DNA from: Planctomycetota bacterium
GTDB lineage: Bacteria > Planctomycetota > UBA8108 > SXIK01
Direction of reading: 5' to 3'
DNA length: 64,000 nt
NCBI GenBank assembly: GCA_965223265.1
Contig: OZ244999.1
Span: 4,832,001 to 4,896,000 of the forward strand
Shown: positions 42,288 to 51,421 of the stretch, in pieces
How the letters are laid out: every line of letters begins with the position of its first letter
Position numbering within the stretch: position 1 is the stretch's first letter
The notes under the pieces: model-generated
Seen by the model: only the letters and a program-made list of their open reading frames with translations
The model's database searches: none
What the model was told of the DNA's origin: nothing
Position numbers and translations under genes: made by a program

Positions 42288-45200
42288 ATGATGGGCGCGG
42301 CGACTCAAGACGCACCTTCACCATCATGGGTTCTTCCGATACTGCAACACGCCGTGACTTCGATCACTCTCACGCTGTCGATTCTGTGCGCGACTTCGCT
42401 CGCAGCTGACTCTTATCTCAACTTCGAATCCGGCCACGTGCGGCCACTCGCTCTGTCACCTGCGAAGGACCTCCTCTTTGCGGTCAACACCCCGGACAAC
42501 CGTCTGGAAGTGCTGCGCGTCACGGATGGGGGTCTCGAGCGCGCTGGCGAAGTGCGCGTCGGTCTCGAACCAGTCGCCGTCGCCGCGCAGTCGCAGTCGC
42601 AGGTCTACGTCGTCAACCACCTCTCCGACAGCGTCTCCTGCGTCGACGTCAGTGACCCGGCGGAGCCACGCGTCACGGCGACCCTCCTGGTCGGCGACGA
42701 ACCACGCGACGTCGTTGTCGCGGGCACCGGCAAGGATCGCCTCTACGTCACCACGGCCCACCGCGGGCAAAACCACCCACTCGACCCGCAGTTTTTCACA
42801 CCGGGCGTAGGCCGTGCCGACGTCTGGGTTTTCGATACGAGCGACCTCTCGAAGGCGCCGGAGATCGTCACGCTCTTTTGCGACACGCCGCGGGCTCTGG
42901 CTGTGAGCCCAAGCGGCGACCGCGTCTACGCTGCGGCGTTTCACTCCGGCAATCAAACGACAACGCTCAACAGCCTGGCGACGTTTCCGCAGTTCGACAG
43001 CTTCGTGGGGGATGGTTTCAGCGGGCTCGGGATGCCGGAGCCCACCGCGAACATCGAAGGCACCCCAGCTCCTGAGACCGGCCTCGTCGTACGCTTCGAC
43101 GGCGAGAAGTGGCGCGACGGTGCAGGTCGCGACTGGTCGCCTCGCATCCGCTTCAACCTCCCCGACCGCGACGTCTTCGTCCTCGACGCTACGCAGGATC
43201 CACCAGTGGAGGTCGCTTCGATTGCTCATGTCGGCACGATCATCTTCAACCTCGCCGTCCACCCCCTGAGCGGTGACATCTACGCCTCGAACATCGACTC
43301 ACAAAACCACGTGCGCTTCGAGCCGGAGATCAACGGCCACGTCGCCGAAAACCGTGTGACGATCATCCAAGGGACGAGCGCGTCGCCGGTTCACCTCAAC
43401 CCGCACATCGACTACAGCCAAACGTCCGGGTCAGCGGAGGAGATCGATGCCAGCCTCGCCTTCCCGCTCGGCATGGAATTCTCAGCCGACGGCGAGACAC
43501 TCTTCGTCGCCGCGTTCGGCTCCGGCGCTGTCGGCGTTCTGGACGCAGCTGCGACGGTCCAGGAACGCATTCAAGTCGGTGGCGGCCCGAGCGGACTGGC
43601 GCTGGACGAGGCGCGCGACCGCCTCTACGTCATGAATCGCTTCGACCACACGATCTCTATCGTCGACCTCACCTCACGCATCCAAACACAAGTCGTGCCG
43701 CTCGCTTACACCCCAGAGCCGCAGGTCGTGCTCGCCGGCCGACCGCTCCTCTACGACGCGCGCAACTCCGGCCACGGCGACTCGGCCTGCGCCAGCTGTC
43801 ACATCTTTGGCGATTTCGACAGCCTCACATGGGACTTAGGCGATCCCAATGGTCTCGTCGAGCCCAACCCACTCGAGATGATCGTGACGATCGCGCGCGA
43901 CTTTCACCCGATGAAGGGCCCGATGGCGACGCAGAGCCTGCGCGGCATCGCCGACACCGGACCGATGCACTGGCGCGGCGACCGTAACGCCGTCAGTTCG
44001 GGCGCGGGCCTCAATGTGTTCGACGAAAAGCTCGCGTTCATGGCGTTCCGCCCGGCGTTTCAGACGCTCCTCGGGAAGAGTACGGAGCTGTCCTCAACCG
44101 ACATGGAACGCTTCAGCGATTTTGCACTGACGATCGTCTACCCGCCGAACCCGATCGCCGCCTTCAATGACGTGCTGAGTGCCGACGAGGCTGCCGGCAA
44201 GCAAGTCTTCGATTCGGACGGCGACCGGAGCGGCACGGGCGGTGACGGCATACCCTGCGCGGGCTGCCACGAGCTACCGTTCGGCACCGACGGGCGCGCC
44301 ACGAACGACGCCGAGACGCAGGACTTCAAGGTCGCACACCTGCGCAACATGTACCAAAAAGTCGGCATGTTCGGCTATGCCGTGCCGAGTGTCATCAGCG
44401 ATTCGCCGCTGACGTTCGAGTCGACGCCAGTGCCCCATTTTGGCGATCAGGTGCGCGGCACGGGATATCTCCACGATGGATCGATCCCGACGCTGCTCAA
44501 TTTCTTCCGCACGTCTCTGCCGCAGATCCAACCGTTCACGTTTCGCGACGAGCCAGGACGCACCGGCGAGCAGAAGGTGCGCGAGCTGTCGACGTTCATG
44601 CTGGCGTTCGACACTGGGCTGGCGCCGGTCGTCGGGCAGCAGATCACGCTCGACTCCGCGAGTAACGCCGCCGCGCTGGATCGTTGGGCGCTCTTCGAAG
44701 ACCGCGCCGACGCCGGACGCTGCGATCTCATCGCACACGGCCGTGTCGGTGGCGAGGCGCGAAGCTATCTCTATCAGGGCAGCGGTTCGTATCAGTCCGA
44801 TCGCCGTGACGAAGTCATCACGAGTACCGCCTTGCAAAACGGACTCGCGTCGGGAAACCGCCTGACGTTCACGGCCGTCTATCTCGGCGGCGGCACGCGC
44901 ATGGGCCTCGACCGCGATGAGGATGGCTGGTTTGACGGCGATGAAATCGCGGCCGGAACAAGTCCGACGGATCCGAGCGAGTTCCCGCGTCCCGCACCGC
45001 CGACCGGACTGGAAGCGACTCCAGATATCGGTCGCGTCGAGCTCTCCTGGTCAGCCGCTGGGGCATCCGTTCCTGCGGTCACCGGCTACAACGTCTATCG
45101 CTCGACGACCTCCGGCGAGCAGGGCGAACAGCTCAACAGCGAAGTCATCTCCGTGACGGAATTCGTCGACACGGGCGTACCAACGGGAGAGTACCACTAC

Positions 45201-45539
45201 AGCGTCACTAGCACCGGTGAAGGCGGTGAGAGCGAGCCGACGCCGCAGGTCACCGTGTTCGTACCACACTTCGACGAGACGTTCCTGCGGGCGAACTGTA
45301 ACGGTGACGCGTCACTCGACATCGCCGACCCGGTATTCTCGCTCAACTTCCTGTTTGCCGACGAACGTGCACCACCGTGCGCGCCGGCGTGTGACAGCAA
45401 CAGCGATGGCAGCCACGACGTCTCGGATGCAGTGTTCACCCTGCTGTTTCTCTTCGCTGAGGGCGAGCCGCCACTCGGCTGGCCCGAATGCGAGACGATC
45501 GATTTCCCGTGCGAAGACGTTTTATGTACCAGCGGCTGA
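42288..45539 (+). CDS. Secreted YncE/YVTN beta-propeller + diheme cytochrome c + FN3 + dockerin-like protein
   Basis: NFESGHVRPLALSP, VGLEPVAV; CASCH..KGPMATQSLRG..HWRGDR; CAGCH..LHDGS; PPTGL..LSW..GYNVYRS; FLRANCNGD..DIADP; start uncertain. Confidence 0.82.
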   Translation: MMGAATQDAPSPSWVLPILQHAVTSITLTLSILCATSLAADSYLNFESGHVRPLALSPAKDLLFAVNTPDNRLEVLRVTDGGLERAGEVRVGLEPVAVAAQSQSQVYVVNHLSDSVSCVDVSDPAEPRVTATLLVGDEPRDVVVAGTGKDRLYVTTAHRGQNHPLDPQFFTPGVGRADVWVFDTSDLSKAPEIVTLFCDTPRALAVSPSGDRVYAAAFHSGNQTTTLNSLATFPQFDSFVGDGFSGLGMPEPTANIEGTPAPETGLVVRFDGEKWRDGAGRDWSPRIRFNLPDRDVFVLDATQDPPVEVASIAHVGTIIFNLAVHPLSGDIYASNIDSQNHVRFEPEINGHVAENRVTIIQGTSASPVHLNPHIDYSQTSGSAEEIDASLAFPLGMEFSADGETLFVAAFGSGAVGVLDAAATVQERIQVGGGPSGLALDEARDRLYVMNRFDHTISIVDLTSRIQTQVVPLAYTPEPQVVLAGRPLLYDARNSGHGDSACASCHIFGDFDSLTWDLGDPNGLVEPNPLEMIVTIARDFHPMKGPMATQSLRGIADTGPMHWRGDRNAVSSGAGLNVFDEKLAFMAFRPAFQTLLGKSTELSSTDMERFSDFALTIVYPPNPIAAFNDVLSADEAAGKQVFDSDGDRSGTGGDGIPCAGCHELPFGTDGRATNDAETQDFKVAHLRNMYQKVGMFGYAVPSVISDSPLTFESTPVPHFGDQVRGTGYLHDGSIPTLLNFFRTSLPQIQPFTFRDEPGRTGEQKVRELSTFMLAFDTGLAPVVGQQITLDSASNAAALDRWALFEDRADAGRCDLIAHGRVGGEARSYLYQGSGSYQSDRRDEVITSTALQNGLASGNRLTFTAVYLGGGTRMGLDRDEDGWFDGDEIAAGTSPTDPSEFPRPAPPTGLEATPDIGRVELSWSAAGASVPAVTGYNVYRSTTSGEQGEQLNSEVISVTEFVDTGVPTGEYHYSVTSTGEGGESEPTPQVTVFVPHFDETFLRANCNGDASLDIADPVFSLNFLFADERAPPCAPACDSNSDGSHDVSDAVFTLLFLFAEGEPPLGWPECETIDFPCEDVLCTSG

Positions 45540-45992
45540 TCGCTCAGCTGCCAATCGCCGCGCACGCCGCCAGCACACCGCTCCCGCAGCGATGGCCAAC
45601 AGGCAGGCGCCCACGAGCGGGAAGCGATAGCCGCTGAGATAGTCATACTTGAACGCTGCGCCGGTCGCGCCGGCGGTGACGACGGGAAACGCGATGAGCA
45701 GCAAGTGACCGCGGCGCGGCTCGGTGCTCAACGCCGCCGCGATCAAAAAGGCGAACGCTGCGTGGAAGATGACGAAGCCGGGAAGGCTCTTCTCCAGCGC
45801 ATAGGAAAGTGAGAGATCGAAACGCCAAAGCCAGACGAGCGCCACGTGCACCGTCACGACGCTGGCAAGCGCTGGCGTCAACCATCTGAATGGCCGCCGC
45901 GCCAAATGGAGGATCACGTCGAGGCAGAGAAAAACGTATCCGGCAAAGGCGAGCCCAAACGTAATGAGGTCCTGAAGCGGCGTTGTTTTCAT
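45522..45992 (-). CDS. Hypothetical membrane protein
   Basis: About five hydrophobic segments after MKTTPLQD. Confidence 0.6.
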   Translation of the reverse strand: MKTTPLQDLITFGLAFAGYVFLCLDVILHLARRPFRWLTPALASVVTVHVALVWLWRFDLSLSYALEKSLPGFVIFHAAFAFLIAAALSTEPRRGHLLLIAFPVVTAGATGAAFKYDYLSGYRFPLVGACLLAIAAGAVCWRRARRLAAERSAAGT

Positions 45993-46124
45993 GCTGCTGT
46001 CTACATCTTCTGGATGCCCCAGATCAAGAGTTGCATTGGCTGATTTCCCTCTGCGACGGCACCGGCGCCGCAACGACTCGCCTGGCGCCCATGAGCCCGA
46101 ATCGGCTTTGGATCGATGCGACGA

Positions 46125-46383
46125 GAGTAGCAGGCACTCGCGGTGTTCCATAGTCTGAAGACAAAAGCAACGGCACACGACGTGTGCCTGCTACTTTGGA
46201 GATCGAGTTGGTGCCGGCTGCTTCTCTCTCTGACCTTCGTTTGCTTCGTTCGCTTCTGTTCAAGAGATCAGAAGAAACGTTGAACAAGAGGAAACCAAGT
46301 CAACGAAGGGCGACCGTCCAAAGTGGTAGGCACACGCCGTGTGCCGTACGGCCGTGGACCGTGACTGGGACTGGGACCGTGAG
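46125..46383. repeat. GTAG-REP copies: inverted pair 46127-46197 and single copy 46321-46347 followed by a short hexamer tail
   Basis: GTAGCAGGCACTCGCGGTGTTCC; CGGCACACGACGTGTGCCTGCTACTTT; AAGTGGTAGGCACACGCCGTGTGCCGT then CGTGAC TGGGAC TGGGAC CGTGAG. Confidence 0.8.
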
Positions 46384-46503
46384 TTGCGACGTCACGTTTT
46401 GAAAGCTTACAGCCTCTCCATATGCCGTCGCCAAGAAAGACCGGCCGAGCACAATCTTCAAAAGGGTCCAGGAGCGGATGCGCCCTTGCCCTCGAGGTGG
46501 CGC

Positions 46504-47439
46504 TCACTCGCTACAAGGCGTGATGCAGAGCGCCTCCGCAGCTCCGCACTCGGCGATTGGCTCTGGCGGCGGTGGGCCACCGAGGAAGTTGAAGTTGAGA
46601 AGATAGGTCACGTCGGCGAGGTCGACCCCGGCATCGCCGTTGATGTCGGTCGCGGGCGGACAGCTGCTCGCCGGACCGTCAAGAAGCAGTTCGGCGACGA
46701 TCCAGATGGCGTCGGCGATGTCGATGCGATCGTCGCCGTTACTGTCGCCGCGGCGGTAGAGGGAATGTAACACGACGTCGAGGGCGACGTCGGGGTTGTT
46801 GCACAAGTCAATGCTCTCACCGGCAACGCTGTAGACTGTTCGGACTGGCTGCGCATCGCGGAACCCGTCGGTCAATCGAATGCTGCCGTTCGGTTCACCG
46901 GTGAGATCGAAGCCAATGTCGACCCGCAGCAGCGTCTCCGTCGTATCAAGTGGCAATACGTTCGGGCAGCCGAAGCAGAGTATGACTGCGGATGAGGCTT
47001 CGCAGCGCGAGCCGGCGAAACAACCAGCTAGGGACGTCTTGTTGAATCCCCCGTTGAAGAACCCTCGCGCTGGGTCAGCCGCGGTCCCCTCAGTTCCGAT
47101 CGCGTCCAAGACCGCGTATCCCGTGCTCTCAATGATGATCGACCAACCTTCGACTCCGACCTCTACTTGGTTCGAAACGGCGTTGCCGTAGAGCGAAAAG
47201 TCTCCCGACACCTCCAGCGCACCACCACCAACAAACGGCTCGCCGAGAAGCCGCTCGTCCCACACCTCGCCGCCAACGATCGGCTCGAGCGACCAGCCGA
47301 AGGAGTAGGTGCCGGGGTCGCTGCAGGGCTGCGCATGAACCGGCCAGTGGCTAGCGCTTATAAGAACCATGCAGACGCTGATCACAAGCACAAAACGATC
47401 GCCCATTGAAGGCAGTGGCTCGCGGTTGTCTCTCGTCAT
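46504..47439 (-). CDS. Secreted protein: 1 cohesin-like module + dockerin-like domain
   Basis: Signal peptide; PCSDPGTYSFGWSLEP..WDERL..GVEGWS..GTAADP..GGFNKT..LCFGCP; YRRGDSNGD..DINGD. Confidence 0.75.
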   Translation of the reverse strand: MTRDNREPLPSMGDRFVLVISVCMVLISASHWPVHAQPCSDPGTYSFGWSLEPIVGGEVWDERLLGEPFVGGGALEVSGDFSLYGNAVSNQVEVGVEGWSIIIESTGYAVLDAIGTEGTAADPARGFFNGGFNKTSLAGCFAGSRCEASSAVILCFGCPNVLPLDTTETLLRVDIGFDLTGEPNGSIRLTDGFRDAQPVRTVYSVAGESIDLCNNPDVALDVVLHSLYRRGDSNGDDRIDIADAIWIVAELLLDGPASSCPPATDINGDAGVDLADVTYLLNFNFLGGPPPPEPIAECGAAEALCITPCSE

Positions 47440-47443
47440 CGAT

Positions 47444-49516
47444 TCACCTGCTGCAACTGGTGGCGCAATCCTCGAACGTTTCTCCACACTCTACAAACGG
47501 CTCTGGCGGTGGCGGGCCGCCGACGAAGTTGAAGTTGAGAAGATACGTCACGTCAGCGAGATCGACCGTGACGTCGCCGTTGGCATCCGCTGCCGGCGGA
47601 CACGGACTCGGCGCGCCATCGAGAAAGAGTTCTGCGATCGTCCAGATCGCATCGGCGATGTCAACGTCGCCATCCCCATTGCTATCACCGCGGCGAAAGA
47701 TGGGCAGCGGCGCCAAGCTGAGAATCGCCTCACGCCAGTTGCATGGCCGAACGCTCTTACCCGCGATCGTATAGGCGATCCTGACGTCCTGATCGCAGCA
47801 AAAAAACCCCTCAGCCAGCTCGATGCGACCCTCAGTCACACCCAAATCGAGATCCAAGGAAACGTCGATCCTCAGTAGCGACCAGGTGCCATCAAGTCCC
47901 AGTGTCACCGGGCAGCCGAAGCAGAGAACGACAGAGCTCGTCGCAGCTGTTCGCCCCGCAAGCTCATCGAAGGCGAGAAACGTCTTGTCGAATCCTCCCA
48001 TATGAAATCCCTGCTCTGGATCCGCCGCCGTTCCTTGCGTTGTCACCTCAGTGATCTGGGCGTAGCCGCTGCTTCTTACTCCCAGGGACCAACCCTGGAT
48101 GCCCACCTCGACTTGATGCGACACCGTGTTAGCGTAGACCGAGGTGGACGTCGGAACACGCGCAGCCCCGGCGCCGGTGAACGGTTCACCGATCAGTCGC
48201 TCGTCCCACGCCTCGCCATCTAAGATCGGCTCGAGCGACCACCCAAACGAATGAGTTCCCAGATCGTGGCAGTTCTGATCCTGCGGAATCAATTCCAGAT
48301 CGACGTCTCTGCGGTTGCATGCCACGACACTCTTGCCGAAAACCGTGAACACGTTCTTAGTCGCCTGTCCGCCAACAAGTCCGTCGACCAGCATGACGCG
48401 ATCCTCCATCGCATCGGCGCCAGTCAGCACACCGTCGATTCGTAGGAGGGATTCTGTCGTATCGAGAGGCAACGTGAGCGGACATCCGAAACAGAGCACC
48501 ACCGCGGACGTCACCGAATTTCGTCCAAAGCCATCCCAGAGAAATGTCTTGTTGAAACCGCCGTTGAAGAACCCTAGCGCCGGATCCGCCGCCGTGCTGT
48601 CAGTCGAAACACCGACGAAGTCAACGTTGCCCGTAGCCTCCACAGCGATCGACCAGCCCTGAATCCCTTCCTCGGCCTGCTTCGACACCGCGTTGGCGTA
48701 GAGCGAGAAAAACTCAGGCACTTGGACTTTCCCTCTGCCGATGAATGGCTCGCCGATGAGCCGCTCGTCCCACACCTCGCCGCCGTGAATCGGCTCGAGC
48801 GACCAGCCGAACGCGTAGTTGTCCGGATCGCGGCAGGGCTCGTGGATGAGATCAAGGACCGCGACATCTTTGTTGCACGGCGCGACGCTTTCGCCCGCCA
48901 CGGCATAGGTGTTCGTGATCGGCGGATCGACCCCTTCGAAATCCTCCGTGAAGAAGACACGCCCCTCGTCCCCGTGCCTCCCCCCGACGGAGACGCCGAC
49001 CTGCAGTAGCGTCTCCGTGTTGCTCACCGGCAGCGTCGCCGGGCAATCGAAGCAAAGTATGACGGTTGACCACACGGCGCAGCGCGCGCTGCGAAAGCAA
49101 TCTGTTCTTCCAGTTCTGCGGAACCCACGGTCGAAAAACCCCGCGGCGGGGTCCGCTGCAGTACCATCGGTGCTGAAGCTCCGAATGCGAGCGATTCCGG
49201 TCACTTCGACGCCGATCGACCATCCCTGGATCCCTTGCTCCACCTGGTTCGAGACGGCATTGACGTACAGCGAAAAGGTCTTCGACACCACCAGCGAATC
49301 ACCATCGACGAACGGCTCGCCCAGCAGACGTTCGTCCCACACCTCACCGCCCAGGATCGGCTCGAGAGACCAGCCAAGCATGTACGTGCCCGGTTCGCTG
49401 CAGGGCTGCGCTTGCAAAATGGCGTTCGTCTTGGTGCAAAAAAGCGCCGACAAGGCAACGAACCGCACGATGCGCCCTGGCTCGAAAGTCGCGGATGGAC
49501 GATCGCCTCGCCTCAT
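47444..49516 (-). CDS. Secreted protein: 3 cohesin-like modules + dockerin-like domain
   Basis: Three GWSLEP..WDERL..GIQGWS..LCFxCP repeats; FRRGDSNGDG..DANGD; ATGA overlap with the upstream stop. Confidence 0.78.
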   Translation of the reverse strand: MRRGDRPSATFEPGRIVRFVALSALFCTKTNAILQAQPCSEPGTYMLGWSLEPILGGEVWDERLLGEPFVDGDSLVVSKTFSLYVNAVSNQVEQGIQGWSIGVEVTGIARIRSFSTDGTAADPAAGFFDRGFRRTGRTDCFRSARCAVWSTVILCFDCPATLPVSNTETLLQVGVSVGGRHGDEGRVFFTEDFEGVDPPITNTYAVAGESVAPCNKDVAVLDLIHEPCRDPDNYAFGWSLEPIHGGEVWDERLIGEPFIGRGKVQVPEFFSLYANAVSKQAEEGIQGWSIAVEATGNVDFVGVSTDSTAADPALGFFNGGFNKTFLWDGFGRNSVTSAVVLCFGCPLTLPLDTTESLLRIDGVLTGADAMEDRVMLVDGLVGGQATKNVFTVFGKSVVACNRRDVDLELIPQDQNCHDLGTHSFGWSLEPILDGEAWDERLIGEPFTGAGAARVPTSTSVYANTVSHQVEVGIQGWSLGVRSSGYAQITEVTTQGTAADPEQGFHMGGFDKTFLAFDELAGRTAATSSVVLCFGCPVTLGLDGTWSLLRIDVSLDLDLGVTEGRIELAEGFFCCDQDVRIAYTIAGKSVRPCNWREAILSLAPLPIFRRGDSNGDGDVDIADAIWTIAELFLDGAPSPCPPAADANGDVTVDLADVTYLLNFNFVGGPPPPEPFVECGETFEDCATSCSR

Positions 49517-51081
49517 CTGCTCTCCTCCTCGATCGTCAGCAGATCGGACCCACCTGTTCCGCCTTGGCAGTTCAAGAAACGCGATAAGCACACCTCGGAC
49601 GTCGGGCCACACTCGAAGAACGGCGGTGGCGGTGGCGGGCCGCCCGTAAAATTATAATTCAGCAGGTACACGGCATCGGCCAGATCGACCCCGGCGTCAT
49701 CGTTCGCATCCAACGCCGGCGGGCAGACGCTCACTGGGCCGTTCAAGAGCAGCTCGGAGACGATCCAGATCGCATCGCCGATGTCGACTCGGTCGTCGCC
49801 GTTACTGTCGCCGCGGCGGTAGAGGGGCCACGGCGCCAAGCGGAGAATCGCCTCACGCCAGTTGCACGGCCGAACGCTTCTACCGGCAACCGTATAGGAA
49901 ATCCTGACGCCCTGATCGCAGCAAAGGAATCCTTCATCCAGCTCGATGCCACCCTCAGTCACACCGGAATCGAAATCCAAGGAAACGTCGACTCTCAGTA
50001 GCGACCAAGTGCCGTCAAGTCCCAGTGTCACCGGACAGCCGAAGCAGAGCACGACAGAACTCGTCGCAGCTGTTCGCCCAGCAAGCTCGTCGAAGGCGAG
50101 AAACGTCTTGTCGAATCCTCCCATATGAAATCCCTGCTCTGGATCCGCCGCCGTTCCTTGCGTTGTCACCTCAGTGATCTGGGCGTAGCCGCTACTTCTC
50201 ACTCCCAGGGACCAACCCTGGATGCCCACTTCGACTTGATGCGACACCGCGTTGGCGTAGACCGAGGTGGAGGTCGGAACACGTACACCCCCGGCGCCGA
50301 CAAACGGCTCACCGATCAGGCGCTCGTCCCACGCCTCACCGCCCAGAATCGGCTCGAGCGACCAGCCGAAGGAGTGGGTCCCAGGGTCGCTGCAGGGTCG
50401 TTCTTCATGAAACAACTTTAGAACGACGTTGGACCTGTTGCACGGCACAACGCTTTTGCCAGCGACCGTGAAGACGTTTGCCGTCAATGAATCGTCGCCG
50501 GGCAACCCCGAGCGTAAGACCACCCTGCCGTCGGTCGCATCTCCTTTGCGATTCAGAACGCCGTCAATGCGCAGGAGCGACTCGGTGGTGTCAGGAGGCA
50601 AAGCGAGTGGGCACCCGAAGCAAAGAACCACTGAAGAGGTCGCCCCAGACTGCCCACTAAGGAGCGCGGGGGACAGCAAGAAGGTCTTGACGAATCCGCC
50701 GTTGACGAAACCGTTCGCTGGATCCGCCGCCGTGCCGGCGGTGGAAAGATCCGTGAATTCGACGAGTCCCTCACCCACAACCGACACCCCCCACCCCTGA
50801 ATCCCGACCTCGACCTGGTTCGACACCGCATTGGCGTAAAGCGAAAAGATGTCAGGCACCGCAACCCTCCCGCCACCGACGAACGGCGCACCGATCAGCC
50901 GTTCGTCCCACACGTCACCGCCCAGAATCGGCTCGAGCGACCAGCCGAAGGAGTAGGTCCCAGGGGTGCTGCAGAGCTGCGCGTCGAGAGGACCGTTCAC
51001 CAGACCGGCGATTGCGCCGCACACTCCTACGATCCAGACGCCTTTGACGCCGCACGCATGCCCGGCTGCGCTTTGCCTCAT
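49513..51081 (-). CDS. Secreted protein: 2 cohesin-like modules + dockerin-like domain
   Basis: Two repeats of the same module; YRRGDSNGD..DANDD; GGAGG RBS. Confidence 0.78.
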   Translation of the reverse strand: MRQSAAGHACGVKGVWIVGVCGAIAGLVNGPLDAQLCSTPGTYSFGWSLEPILGGDVWDERLIGAPFVGGGRVAVPDIFSLYANAVSNQVEVGIQGWGVSVVGEGLVEFTDLSTAGTAADPANGFVNGGFVKTFLLSPALLSGQSGATSSVVLCFGCPLALPPDTTESLLRIDGVLNRKGDATDGRVVLRSGLPGDDSLTANVFTVAGKSVVPCNRSNVVLKLFHEERPCSDPGTHSFGWSLEPILGGEAWDERLIGEPFVGAGGVRVPTSTSVYANAVSHQVEVGIQGWSLGVRSSGYAQITEVTTQGTAADPEQGFHMGGFDKTFLAFDELAGRTAATSSVVLCFGCPVTLGLDGTWSLLRVDVSLDFDSGVTEGGIELDEGFLCCDQGVRISYTVAGRSVRPCNWREAILRLAPWPLYRRGDSNGDDRVDIGDAIWIVSELLLNGPVSVCPPALDANDDAGVDLADAVYLLNYNFTGGPPPPPPFFECGPTSEVCLSRFLNCQGGTGGSDLLTIEEESR

Positions 51082-51177
51082 CGCTTCTGCCCTCCCCGGT
51101 GGATGGACCAGGTCTCACAACACGCGTGACATCCTAGCGCGGAGCGCCGGGAAAGCTACGAAAAATGCTCGTCGCCA

Positions 51178-51421
51178 AAGTAGGAGGCACACTCCTGTGT
51201 GCCGTGCCGGCTCGCAGGCGACGGCACGCGGAGCGTGCCTGCTACTTGACACACGTAGCGCCGACTACTCGATCTTCAACGTAGAAGGCACACTCCTGTG
51301 TGCCGTGCCGACTCTCAGGCGACGGCACGCGGAGCGTGCCTGCCCCTATCTATCGACAATCACCGCTGCCAACTCGATCTTCACAGAACACTAAGCACAC
51401 TCCAAAGCGTGCCGACTACTT
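51178..51421. repeat. REPIN-like cluster of GTAG-REPs (two inverted doublets plus a fifth copy)
   Basis: GTAGGAGGCACACTCCTGTGTGCCGT...ACGGCACGCGGAGCGTGCCTGCTAC (51180-51245), repeated at 51281-51344; GCACACTCCAAAGCGTGCCGACTAC ~51395-51419. Confidence 0.85.

Noticed and set aside
47708-50373. Diversity-generating retroelement TR/VR pair
   Set aside because: Both copies are in-frame coding modules, mismatches are not confined to adenines, and no reverse transcriptase is present in the window
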